Source: Bacteroidota bacterium
GTDB taxonomy: Bacteria; Bacteroidota; Ignavibacteria; UBA10030
Direction of reading: 5' to 3'
Assembly: GCA_035559595.1 (NCBI GenBank)
Contig: DATMBF010000005.1
Span: 18,707-82,706 of the forward strand
Length of the DNA stretch: 64,000 bases
The notes beneath the pieces are model-generated. The model saw only the letters and a program-made list of their open reading frames with translations. It was not told the origin of the DNA and made no database searches. Positions within the stretch are counted from its first letter, which is position 1. The number at the start of each line of letters is the position of its first letter. Below are positions 27,148 through 36,365 of the stretch, one piece after another. The position numbers and the translations under genes were made by a program.

Positions 27148-28488
27148 ATGAAGACATTCTCTGTCGCCGTTGCACTCTTCCTTACTTCAGGTCTTGCAGG
27201 TCAAGAAAAGGAAGCCAAGGATAGTCTTGATGCGCCGACGCGGGAACGGATTTCCGAGATCAAGGGCCAACTTGACGGGATGAGCGAGACTCTCGCCGAG
27301 CTGAAAACCTTCACGGACGCACTCCGCAAGATCAAAATCTCCGGGTACATCCAATCACAATTTCAACTGGCAACAGGGGAGAGGATTAATACGTTCGCGG
27401 GCGGAAATTCTGCGGAAGGAGTGCGCTCGCGGTTCGTCGTGCGTCGCGGCCGACTCAAAGTTGCATACGACAATGAGCTGACACAGTATGTGCTACAAAT
27501 CGACGTGACGCAAAACGGAGTCGGAATCAAAGATGCCTATCTCTGGATGCGTGAGCCGTGGCTTCGCATGTTCGGTCTGACTGCCGGAGTCTTTAATAGA
27601 CCGTTTGGGTTTGAGGTGGGCTATTCCTCAGGCAGTCGAGAGACACCGGAGCGAGCACGGATCATACAAACGCTCTTCCCGGGAGAGCGAGAATTGGGTG
27701 CGCAGGTCGAGTTCTCCACGGAAACCGGAGTGCTAAGTCATTTCAATTTCAAGGCGGGACTCTTCAACGGCACCGGACCGACGGCGAATGATAATGACAA
27801 CTACAAGGATTTCATCGGTCGGGCCGGTTTCCAATTGCCGTTTCAGGAGGAGAACATTACCATCGACGGCGGTGTTTCGCTCTATGCGGGGAAAGTGCGA
27901 AGTACATCCCGCTATGTCTATTCCTTCAACTCTGCCCTCAATCAATACTTCGCAGACTCTTCCACGACGAATGTGGGAAAGTACTTCTCACGGAACTATC
28001 TCGGAGCCGATGTTCAACTCTACTATGATTCCCCTTTGCTCGGGGGTCTGTCCCTTCGTGGCGAGTATGTTTTTGGTGAGCAGCCCGGCACTTCAAGCGC
28101 AAACACGGTCTACAATCCCGGAACTGCATCGATCCCCCTCTATCAGAGGAAATTCTCCGGATGGTATCTTACACTCGTTCAAAACATCGGGCTCGACCAT
28201 CAATTCGTGGCGAAATACGATCTGTTCGATCCACAGATTGACGGCGGGGGACATGCAATCGGTGCACCAGCCGTGGGCGGCGGAAGCAGCATGACCGCGG
28301 CCGACGTGAAGTATGCAACAGTCGGCATTGGTTGGAATTACCACTACGATGCGAATATCAAGCTGGTGGTCTACTACGATGTGGTGACGAACGAGAAGGT
28401 GAATCCGACAGCCACAGGGTCGCTGCTGGGCTTGAGGGATGATCTGAAGGATAATGTGCTGACAGTACGACTGCAATACAAATTCTAA
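27148..28488 (+). CDS. outer-membrane porin, phosphate-selective porin O/P-like
   Basis: Signal peptide, N-terminal coiled coil, then KISGYIQSQFQ and a beta-strand pattern. The C-terminus ends LQYKF. It lies immediately upstream of pstS. Confidence 0.7.
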   Translation: MKTFSVAVALFLTSGLAGQEKEAKDSLDAPTRERISEIKGQLDGMSETLAELKTFTDALRKIKISGYIQSQFQLATGERINTFAGGNSAEGVRSRFVVRRGRLKVAYDNELTQYVLQIDVTQNGVGIKDAYLWMREPWLRMFGLTAGVFNRPFGFEVGYSSGSRETPERARIIQTLFPGERELGAQVEFSTETGVLSHFNFKAGLFNGTGPTANDNDNYKDFIGRAGFQLPFQEENITIDGGVSLYAGKVRSTSRYVYSFNSALNQYFADSSTTNVGKYFSRNYLGADVQLYYDSPLLGGLSLRGEYVFGEQPGTSSANTVYNPGTASIPLYQRKFSGWYLTLVQNIGLDHQFVAKYDLFDPQIDGGGHAIGAPAVGGGSSMTAADVKYATVGIGWNYHYDANIKLVVYYDVVTNEKVNPTATGSLLGLRDDLKDNVLTVRLQYKF

Positions 28489-28506
28489 ATCAAAAGGAGA
28501 AACACG

Positions 28507-29331
28507 ATGAAGCTCTTAGCAACACTACTCTTGAGTCTTTTCGCCTTGGGTCTGCTCTTTGGCCAGACGGAAACAATCACCATCAAAGGCTCAGACACGA
28601 TGGTCATCCTTGCCCAGCGATGGGCAGAAGTGTATATGTCGAAGAACCCGAATGTTTCCATCCAGGTGACAGGTGGCGGTTCGGGGACGGGCATTGCAGC
28701 ACTCATCAACGGAACCACCGACATCGCTGCTTCGTCCCGACCGATGAAAGCAAATGAAAAGGAGAAGCTGAAGCAGCGGTTCAACACGCTCGGTGTGGAA
28801 ATCAAAGCCGCGCGGGATGGGCTTGCGGTCTACCTTCATGAATCCAATCCGGTGAAAGAATTATCTCTCCCCCAAATCAAGGCAATCTACACGGGCAAGA
28901 TCACGAATTGGAAAGAGGTTGGCGGGGAGGATGCGAAGATCATTCTCTACAGCCGCGAGAACAATTCTGGCACATATGTGTACTTCAAGGATAACGTTTT
29001 GGAAGGTGCCGATTTCGTTGCTACGGCACAGAATCTTCCCGGCACAGCGTCCGTTGTCAATGCCGTGGCAAAAGACAAATACGGAATTGGCTACGGCGGG
29101 GCGGCGTATGCAAAGGGAATTCGTATGATTAGCGTCAAGAGAGACGATCGCTCGCCGGCATATGAGCCGAATCTCGAGAACATCAAGTCCGGGAAATATC
29201 CCATCTCACGCTTTCTCTACCTCTATACGCGAACGAGACCTGCCGGTGCTCTCAAAGCGTTTGTGGATTGGGTCCTGAGTTCGGAGGGACAGGAGATTGT
29301 AACAAGGGTCGGTTACTTTCCGGTCAGGTAA
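28507..29331 (+). CDS. pstS: phosphate ABC transporter substrate-binding protein PstS
   Basis: IKGSDTMVILAQRWAE, VTGGGSGTGIAALINGTTDIAASSRPM and YPISRFLYLY are PstS-family (PBP-like_2) hallmarks. Confidence 0.9.
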   Translation: MKLLATLLLSLFALGLLFGQTETITIKGSDTMVILAQRWAEVYMSKNPNVSIQVTGGGSGTGIAALINGTTDIAASSRPMKANEKEKLKQRFNTLGVEIKAARDGLAVYLHESNPVKELSLPQIKAIYTGKITNWKEVGGEDAKIILYSRENNSGTYVYFKDNVLEGADFVATAQNLPGTASVVNAVAKDKYGIGYGGAAYAKGIRMISVKRDDRSPAYEPNLENIKSGKYPISRFLYLYTRTRPAGALKAFVDWVLSSEGQEIVTRVGYFPVR

Positions 29332-29336
29332 ACTTG

Positions 29337-30464
29337 ATGAACTCGAACACGACGATAGAAGAATCGAGTATCACACAACCGGCTGAGTCGGCAAAAAAGG
29401 AAGATTTTGATCGCCATCGGCCTTTCCGTTCCTCCGACCGTTGGTGGCGCAAGCGTTTCCGATTCAGTGAATTTCTCGCCGAGAAGCTCATCACGGGAAT
29501 TGCTTTTGTCTCGTTTGCCGTCATTCTTCTGATTTTCATCTTTGTGTTTCGCGAGGCCGCTCCGATCTTTTGGATGTCGTACGATGATGTGCATGCAGTG
29601 ACAGAGGAACTTCAACAAGAAACGTACACAGGTAGTGCATATCCTGAGGAAAGTGTCGGGGAGACGCCAGAACGAAGATCGGTGGAGAGTGGAGGAGAAG
29701 GAAAAGCAACTGTCGAAAATCTTCTGGGCTTCACCTGGCAGCCAGTGTCTGAAGAGCCGAAGTACGGTCTTCTCCCCCTCTTTATCGGGAGCTTCAAAGT
29801 CACGATGATTGCCATTCTCTTTGCGGCGCCGATCGCTATTCTGGCCGCTCTCTTCACCTCAACATTTGCTCCGAAGTGGGCAAAGGATGTGTTGAAGCCG
29901 GCGATTGAGGTTCTTGCCGGATTTCCATCAGTCGTCATCGGGTTCTTTGCACTTATTGTGCTTGCGTCGTTCCTTCAGGATTTGCTTGGCTATTCCTACC
30001 GTTTGAATGCTTTTGTCGGCGGTCTCGCAATGTCGCTTGCAGTAATTCCGATCATCTACACGATCGCCGAGGATTCGCTCGCTGCAGTACCGAAAGCTCT
30101 CACCGAGGCAAGCCTTGCGCTCGGAGCTTCGAAGTGGCAGACTGCGCTCTTCGTGGTGCTTCCGGCGGCGACACCCGGCGTCTTCGCGGCAGTGCTACTG
30201 GGTATTGGCCGAGCATTCGGCGAAACCATGATCGTGTTGATGGCGACCGGCAACGCGGCTCTCGTTTCTGCGGGACTCTTTGAACCGGTGCGAACGATGT
30301 CTGCTACCATTGGTGCGGAAATGGCAGAGGTCGTGTTTGGGGATCTTCATTACAATGTTCTCTTCCTCATCGGTTCGCTGCTTTTCGTTTTCACACTGAC
30401 TCTGAATGCGGTTGCAGAGTTCTACGTGCGCCAGCGCCTTCTCAAAAGGTTCCGAGGCCAATAA
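29337..30464 (+). CDS. pstC: phosphate ABC transporter permease PstC
   Basis: The EAA-loop region is EASLALGASKWQT, and the C-terminal TM pattern fits PstC. Start at ATG 29337, after the pstS stop. It has a long acidic periplasmic insert. Confidence 0.9.
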   Translation: MNSNTTIEESSITQPAESAKKEDFDRHRPFRSSDRWWRKRFRFSEFLAEKLITGIAFVSFAVILLIFIFVFREAAPIFWMSYDDVHAVTEELQQETYTGSAYPEESVGETPERRSVESGGEGKATVENLLGFTWQPVSEEPKYGLLPLFIGSFKVTMIAILFAAPIAILAALFTSTFAPKWAKDVLKPAIEVLAGFPSVVIGFFALIVLASFLQDLLGYSYRLNAFVGGLAMSLAVIPIIYTIAEDSLAAVPKALTEASLALGASKWQTALFVVLPAATPGVFAAVLLGIGRAFGETMIVLMATGNAALVSAGLFEPVRTMSATIGAEMAEVVFGDLHYNVLFLIGSLLFVFTLTLNAVAEFYVRQRLLKRFRGQ

Positions 30465-31369
30465 TGCTGATGCGAAGCAAAGTTGTCGGACACACAGTGG
30501 TCCTTGTTACTGCGCTTGCGGCGGCAGTGATCCTTCTTGCCGTTGGGGGAATGATGCTCAACATCCTCCTTGGGGGGTGGGAGAAGCTCACCTGGGAATT
30601 CCTCACCGGTGTTCCGACACAAGGAATGACCGAAGGCGGAATCTTCCCCGCCATTGTCGGAACATTCCTCCTTGTCGTGATTATGTCAATCTTCAGTGTT
30701 CCCGTCGGAACTGTGACGGCGATTTATCTCAGCGAGTATGCAAGTCAGAAATCGAAAGTCGCGCAGATGATCCGTTTCGCCGTGAACACCCTGGCCGGTG
30801 TGCCGGCGATTGTGTTTGGTCTGTTCGGATTGGGTTTCTTTATCCAGTTTGTGGGAAGAGGAATTGACCAGCTTCTTTTGGGAGAGTTCGAGTTGAAATG
30901 GGGTCAGCCGAATATTCTGTGGGCAAGTTTGACCATGGCACTGTTGACGCTGCCCGTTGTGATTGTTTCTGTTGAGGAGGCAATGAAGACTGTTCCACGT
31001 GAACTACGGGAAGCAAGTTATGCGTTGGGAGCGACACGGTGGGAAACGATTCAAAAGGTGGTCCTGCCGCATTCATTCACAGGAATTCTCACGGGAGGGA
31101 TTCTTGCTGTCAGTCGCGGTGCAGGTGAGGTCGCGCCAATTCTGTTTACCGGGGCGGCGTATTTTCTTCCTCACCTCCCCCAATCGTTGTCTGATCAATT
31201 TATGGAGCTGGGGTATCACGTTTATATCATGTCAACACAGTCGCCGGATGTCGAGGCAACTCGGGGAATTCTCTATGCAACCACACTGGTGCTCCTTCTT
31301 CTTACTTTTCTACTTAACTTTTCAGCAATCTTTCTCCGCTACAAAGTGAGAAAGCGTCAGACTCGGTGA
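30464..31369 (+). CDS. pstA: phosphate ABC transporter permease PstA
   Basis: [18 protein letters not shown] loop with a 6-TM layout. The start overlaps the pstC stop. Confidence 0.9.
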   Translation: MLMRSKVVGHTVVLVTALAAAVILLAVGGMMLNILLGGWEKLTWEFLTGVPTQGMTEGGIFPAIVGTFLLVVIMSIFSVPVGTVTAIYLSEYASQKSKVAQMIRFAVNTLAGVPAIVFGLFGLGFFIQFVGRGIDQLLLGEFELKWGQPNILWASLTMALLTLPVVIVSVEEAMKTVPRELREASYALGATRWETIQKVVLPHSFTGILTGGILAVSRGAGEVAPILFTGAAYFLPHLPQSLSDQFMELGYHVYIMSTQSPDVEATRGILYATTLVLLLLTFLLNFSAIFLRYKVRKRQTR

Positions 31370-32148
31370 CAACAATGCATCCAATACGGAACAACGGTTA
31401 CAAGATTCAATCAAAAGATCTCACCATTTATTATGGCGATCGAAAGGCTCTCAATGGAATCTCGATGCAAATTCCCGAGCACAAAGTCACGGCGATCATA
31501 GGCCCTTCGGGGTGCGGGAAATCGACATTCCTTCGTTCTCTGAACAGAATGAACGACCTTATTGAAGACTTCCGTGCGGAAGGGGAAGTGATGGTCGACG
31601 GCATCAACGTGTATGATTCACGCGTTGATGTGGTTGAACTGCGGAAGAAAGTTGGAATGATCTTCCAGAAGTCCAATCCCTTCCCGAAGTCGATCTACGA
31701 AAACATAGCTTACGGACCCCGCATTAACGGGGTTCGTGACAAAGGTAGACTCGATGAGATTGTTGAAAAGAGTCTGCGAAGGGCCGCGTTATGGGATGAA
31801 GTGAAGGATGATCTGAGGAAAAGCGGACTCGCGCTTTCCGGCGGTCAACAACAGCGATTGTGTATTGCCCGTGCACTTGCCGTCGATCCTGAGATTCTGC
31901 TGATGGATGAACCCGCCAGTGCGCTCGACCCGATTGCGACGGCGAAGATTGAGGAATTGATCCATGAATTGAAAGAGAACTATACGATTGTTATCGTAAC
32001 TCACAACATGCAGCAGGCAGCAAGAGTCAGCGACTATACAGCCTTCTTGTATATGGGGGAGCTTGTGGAATTTGATGAGACGAAAAAGATATTCACCAAT
32101 CCGAGCATGAAGCAAACCGAAGACTACATCACAGGAAGGTTCGGATGA
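31366..32148 (+). CDS. pstB: phosphate ABC transporter ATP-binding protein PstB
   Basis: Walker [10 protein letters not shown], signature LSGGQQQR, Walker B LLMDEP. The PstB-specific tail is [10 protein letters not shown]. Confidence 0.95.
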   Translation: MTTMHPIRNNGYKIQSKDLTIYYGDRKALNGISMQIPEHKVTAIIGPSGCGKSTFLRSLNRMNDLIEDFRAEGEVMVDGINVYDSRVDVVELRKKVGMIFQKSNPFPKSIYENIAYGPRINGVRDKGRLDEIVEKSLRRAALWDEVKDDLRKSGLALSGGQQQRLCIARALAVDPEILLMDEPASALDPIATAKIEELIHELKENYTIVIVTHNMQQAARVSDYTAFLYMGELVEFDETKKIFTNPSMKQTEDYITGRFG

Positions 32149-32178
32149 ATCAGGCCAGCACAGTAAAGGAACGTACCG

Positions 32179-32838
32179 ATGCCCCGACATTTTGAATTGG
32201 AGTTGGACCAGCTCCGAACAATGCTTATTCGCATGGGAAGTTTGGTTGAAGAGCAGATCGAGCTCAGTGTAAAGGCGATTTTGGAATCGAATCCCTCGAT
32301 TGCTCAGATCGTGATCGAACGCGATCGGAAGGTGGACGAGTTCGACAACGAGATCGACAAACAGTGCATGAGGGTCTTTGCCTTAACGCAGCCGGTGGCA
32401 ATCGACCTGCGGTTGCTCATGGCTGCCCTGAAGATCAACAGCGACCTGGAACGAATCGGCGATATTGCCGTGAATCTTGCAGAGCGTGTGGAACCACTAA
32501 GTGCTTACGGCAATTTCGTCAAATCCACATCACTTGGACCGATGGCAGCCGCTGCCCGAGAGATGGTGAAACAAGCTATCGATGCATTCGTGAATAGCGA
32601 TGTGGAGCTTGCGAAGAAGGTTCTGCAGTCCGATGATCGGGTAGATACTATGGATCGGGAGATGTTCGCGCTGATGCTGAAGACAATGAAGGAGGACCCT
32701 AAGGTAATCGAGCCTGCCGCTCACGTCATGATTCTCTCGCGACACATCGAGCGGTTAGCCGATCATGCAACGAATATTGCAGAGGACGTCGTCTTTCTTG
32801 TAAATGCCAAGATTATCAAGCATCAGGCGGAGGGATAA
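32179..32838 (+). CDS. phoU: phosphate signalling accessory protein PhoU
   Basis: Two PhoU repeats with DLERIGDIAVNLAE and HIERLADHATNIAE. Confidence 0.9.
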   Translation: MPRHFELELDQLRTMLIRMGSLVEEQIELSVKAILESNPSIAQIVIERDRKVDEFDNEIDKQCMRVFALTQPVAIDLRLLMAALKINSDLERIGDIAVNLAERVEPLSAYGNFVKSTSLGPMAAAAREMVKQAIDAFVNSDVELAKKVLQSDDRVDTMDREMFALMLKTMKEDPKVIEPAAHVMILSRHIERLADHATNIAEDVVFLVNAKIIKHQAEG

Positions 32839-32953
32839 CCAACTGCATCCGCTGCTCGGAACTTCGGCGGCTGGGGTTGACGACGCTCTTCAGGCCAACG
32901 GTGGGCACACTGAGTTTTCCTGAGCAAAGCGTAGTGTGTGCTGCCAAACGACG

Positions 32954-32980
32954 TCCCGCCGCTGTTTGGCGGGAGGTTTT
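32954..32980 (+). terminator. hairpin terminator shared by the pst-phoU operon (+) and tRNA-Ser (-)
   Basis: TCCCGCC (32954-32960) pairs with GGCGGGA (32968-32974), followed by GGTTTTT on the plus strand. The minus strand has a weaker T-tract. Confidence 0.5.
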
Positions 32981-33070
<90 letters not shown>

Positions 33071-33197
33071 AAAATACTTCCAGCGTTCCCCGCAAGTCCT
33101 TTCTTCTTCCAACGCCCGCCAAAATAGTCAACAGTTGCTCCAAAATCAATGAACGGTTGATTTTCAACGAACAATTCTGTTTTTTCAACCATCGTTC

Positions 33198-33473
33198 ATG
33201 ACGACGCCGGAGGAGGAATACTATCGTGTTCTTGCGCTGGACTTTCTGGCGCATATGAAGTCGCACGTAGCATCGGTTGTACAGACTCTCCCACGTTGTG
33301 ACTGGAAAGAGATCGAGACACTGGGGAATCACCTGAAGGGTTCGGGAACCATGTTTGGTTTTCCTCATCTCTCTCAGCTCGGGGCGAAATTAGAAGAAGA
33401 AGTCCAGAAGGGAAGGGAGTCCGAAGCTCTCGCCACGCTGTTAGACCTCGCTTCAGTGCTTGAACGAACGTAA
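33198..33473 (+). CDS. Hpt (histidine phosphotransfer) domain protein
   Basis: 91 aa, all-helical, with the phospho-His motif GNHLKGSGTMFGFPHLSQLGAKLE (HxLKGS). Confidence 0.7.
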   Translation: MTTPEEEYYRVLALDFLAHMKSHVASVVQTLPRCDWKEIETLGNHLKGSGTMFGFPHLSQLGAKLEEEVQKGRESEALATLLDLASVLERT

Positions 33474-33484
33474 AGACCAACCGA

Positions 33485-33865
33485 ATGGCACAAACGATCG
33501 TTGTTGCTGAAGACCAGCACCATATACGTGCTCTCATCGAGTACAAGCTGAAGAACAGCGGGTATCAGGTCGTTGCCGTAGCAGACGGAGCCGCTGCCCT
33601 GGAAAAAGTGAAAGAGGTAAGTCCTGACCTGGTTTTGCTCGACGTCATGATGCCACTCATGACAGGCTTTGAAGTGCTCGCTGCTTTGAAGCAGGATGAC
33701 AAGACAAGGGATATTCCCGTCCTGCTGGTTACCGCTCAGAGTAGAGAGGAGGAGGTGGTGAAAGGACTCGAATTGGGTGCAGAGGATTATATCACCAAAC
33801 CCTTCAGTCCGAACGAACTCGCCGCTCGCGTCAAAATCGTTCTGGCCCGCCATCAAAAGAAATGA
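33485..33865 (+). CDS. single-domain response regulator (CheY-like receiver)
   Basis: IVVAEDQ, LVLLDVMMPLMTG, VLLVTAQ and DYITKPFSPNEL are the complete receiver signature. There is no output domain. Confidence 0.9.
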   Translation: MAQTIVVAEDQHHIRALIEYKLKNSGYQVVAVADGAAALEKVKEVSPDLVLLDVMMPLMTGFEVLAALKQDDKTRDIPVLLVTAQSREEEVVKGLELGAEDYITKPFSPNELAARVKIVLARHQKK

Positions 33866-33872
33866 GGCAGGT

Positions 33873-35207
33873 TTGCTCCTTCGCATCACGAAATTTCTCT
33901 GCGGCTTAGCCTTAGGGATTTCGGTCACCGCGGCTCAGAATCAAGTCCCCCACAGTAACGTCGATAGTCTCTTCGCCCTCGCAATTCAACTCCAACGACT
34001 GGGAAATTTCCCTGCATCCGATGAAGCTGCCAGACGAGTGCTCCTTGTTGCCCCTCGATACCATGATGCCCGTATTCTCGTAAGCCGAATTCACTCTTGG
34101 AGGGGGGAATACGCGTTTGCCCTCAGGCAACTGGACACCGTTCTCTCCGATAACCCGAATCACAGAGAAGCGCGTCTGGTCAAGGCTCAGGTGCTTGCTT
34201 GGCAGGGGAAATACGATGAATCCGTTGCCATTCTCCGCTCGCTGGCGGATGGAGGGACCAACAATTCTGAGATCGAAGCTGAATTAGGGAAAGTCTATCT
34301 CTGGAGTGGAAGGCCGAAAGAAGCTTACCGACATTATGAGAATGCCTACAAGGCCGATTCTGCTTCCACCGAGGTCATCCGTGGACTTGCACGATCCTCT
34401 TTTGGGATGCGCGAATATCGACTCTCTCTCCAATGGTATCAAATGTTGCTTCGAGACCTTCCGAAAGACCGGGAAGCTTTGGGAAACATCAACCGGCTTC
34501 GGTATCGGTCATCTCATGAATTTCTTCTCCTTAGTTCGTACGAATCGTTTACCCGCTCCGGGGTGAAAGCTCATTCAATTGTCGGAGGGGAGTATTATAG
34601 CTCGATTGGTGATGACTTCAAACCTTTTGTCCACTTCAGCAGAACCGAGAGATTTGGGTCTCAGTCCAACCGTTGGGGTGGGGGATTCTATTGGACATTT
34701 TCCTATACTGGTTCACTATTGGTTCAAGGACTTCTTGCCCCAGGGGCAACAGTTGTTCCTCGCATAGACGTGACAACTGAAGCTACTTCGGGCATTGGAG
34801 CGGGATTCGAGCCGGTCATCGGTTATCGATTTTTGAAATTCGAAGCTGAACGTGTTCATATCGCCTCGCCCGGCATTACATGGTATGCGAGCGGAGTTCT
34901 CTGGTTCACTCCTCGGGTGTATCTTGGCTGGTCGAATGGGGGCGGATCGTCAAAGACCATTGTGCTCAATACAACCTATCGACCCAACGAATCCACGTTG
35001 CTTCGAATAAACGCGTTTAGCGGAAACGAAACCGTACAAGGGATCACTCTGAAGGAGATTTCGATTCACGAATCAACAGGAGTATTGTTGGGTGGAAAAG
35101 GTCGCATCACGAGCACTCTCGCGTTGGAGCTTGTCTATCAGTTCACATCGCGGCGGCCGAATTCCAATTCACATTTCCTGGGATTGAATGCCTCTTTCCT
35201 CTTTTAG
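33873..35207 (+). CDS. TPR-repeat plus C-terminal beta-barrel outer-membrane protein (YaiO/PgaA/NfrA-like exopolysaccharide porin candidate)
   Basis: TTG 33873 gives the signal peptide LLLRITKFLCGLALGISVTAAQ. About 5 TPR-like repeats are followed by alternating beta-strand sequence ending FLGLNASFLF, with a terminal aromatic residue. Confidence 0.6.
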   Translation: MLLRITKFLCGLALGISVTAAQNQVPHSNVDSLFALAIQLQRLGNFPASDEAARRVLLVAPRYHDARILVSRIHSWRGEYAFALRQLDTVLSDNPNHREARLVKAQVLAWQGKYDESVAILRSLADGGTNNSEIEAELGKVYLWSGRPKEAYRHYENAYKADSASTEVIRGLARSSFGMREYRLSLQWYQMLLRDLPKDREALGNINRLRYRSSHEFLLLSSYESFTRSGVKAHSIVGGEYYSSIGDDFKPFVHFSRTERFGSQSNRWGGGFYWTFSYTGSLLVQGLLAPGATVVPRIDVTTEATSGIGAGFEPVIGYRFLKFEAERVHIASPGITWYASGVLWFTPRVYLGWSNGGGSSKTIVLNTTYRPNESTLLRINAFSGNETVQGITLKEISIHESTGVLLGGKGRITSTLALELVYQFTSRRPNSNSHFLGLNASFLF

Positions 35208-35222
35208 CAAAAGGAAGCTCTA

Positions 35223-36365
35223 ATGGGGATCGAGTTTGTTATCATCGCTTCTCTTGCCCTAGGCGCCGCCATCTTTGTGGTCATTGTTGCGGCCGCTCTC
35301 ATCGGGCACAAATGGTTTTCGGGACGGAAAACACGACGTCTGAAGAGGCTGTATCAGGTCTATTCCGTGATCTTTTCCGAGCTTCTTCTTGAGCCACTCA
35401 CTCCACTCCCACCCGGATCAAAGACAAGCGCGATTTTTAAGCAATACGAAACTCTTTTGATTCAAATCAAGGCTAAGCTCAAACGATTCTCTAAACGGCG
35501 CCGACAACTTCACCTCAAGGCTCTCCGAAATGTCCTTGTCGATTTTGCTCAGGATATTACCGGAGAACCTGCCGAGAGATTGTTATACTTCTTTTACTCT
35601 TTCAAATTCGTAGATGAGGAGATCGCATTTCTGCAAAGCAGACATTGGTGGGTCAGAGCACAGGCTGCGAGAGATCTTGGCCTTCTCAAGGCACGAAGGG
35701 CAATTGCGCCGATTACGGCCGCTCTCGAAGACCCGCATCCTGATGTTCGGGCGCAAGCAGCTCAATCGCTTGTTGCTATCGTCGGTGTGGGAGCGCTTCC
35801 CACGATTCTTCGCGTTTCCCGCAATCTCTCCCGCTGGATAGCGTTGGAGCTTTCCGTGATCGTCAAGAAGTTTGAGCACGCAGCTGTGCCCGCACTCCTC
35901 GAAGCTCTTCACCATACAGATGAGTCCGTTGTTCTCTTCTGTCTCGAAATGCTCGCAGAAATTGGATTCGTCGAGGCCGTTGATCATGTTCGTGTGCTGG
36001 CTGAGTCATCCCCTCACCTCAAGATCCAGACAAAGGCCGTTGAAGTCTTAGGACGCCTGGGGGATCAACGAGCGGAGAAGCTGTTGCTCAGTCTCGTTGC
36101 CGGTCCGTCCAAACCCCTCCGCATGAGTGCGCTGCGTGCGCTGGAAAAGATTGGCCTTCCCCAGGCAACTCCCTTATTGTTGGAACGGGTGAGAAATGCC
36201 GAGCTTGATGAGAAACTGACTGCGGCCAGAGCTCTTTCCGCAACAGGTGCTCTTGGTGTTGAACATTTGCGTGCACTGATCATGGATGATAAACCTCTCG
36301 TTCGAAGCGTTGCGCTGCAGGTTCTTGAAGAGATTGAAACTTATCACCTGGTCTCTGCCTCATGA
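35223..36365 (+). CDS. membrane-anchored HEAT-repeat protein
   Basis: N-terminal TM helix (FVIIASLALGAAIFVVIVAAALIG), then repeated HEAT/PBS units (ALEDPHPDVRAQAAQSL, ALHHTDESVVLFCLEMLAEIG, RMSALRALEKIG, VRSVALQVLEEI). Confidence 0.65.
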   Translation: MGIEFVIIASLALGAAIFVVIVAAALIGHKWFSGRKTRRLKRLYQVYSVIFSELLLEPLTPLPPGSKTSAIFKQYETLLIQIKAKLKRFSKRRRQLHLKALRNVLVDFAQDITGEPAERLLYFFYSFKFVDEEIAFLQSRHWWVRAQAARDLGLLKARRAIAPITAALEDPHPDVRAQAAQSLVAIVGVGALPTILRVSRNLSRWIALELSVIVKKFEHAAVPALLEALHHTDESVVLFCLEMLAEIGFVEAVDHVRVLAESSPHLKIQTKAVEVLGRLGDQRAEKLLLSLVAGPSKPLRMSALRALEKIGLPQATPLLLERVRNAELDEKLTAARALSATGALGVEHLRALIMDDKPLVRSVALQVLEEIETYHLVSAS

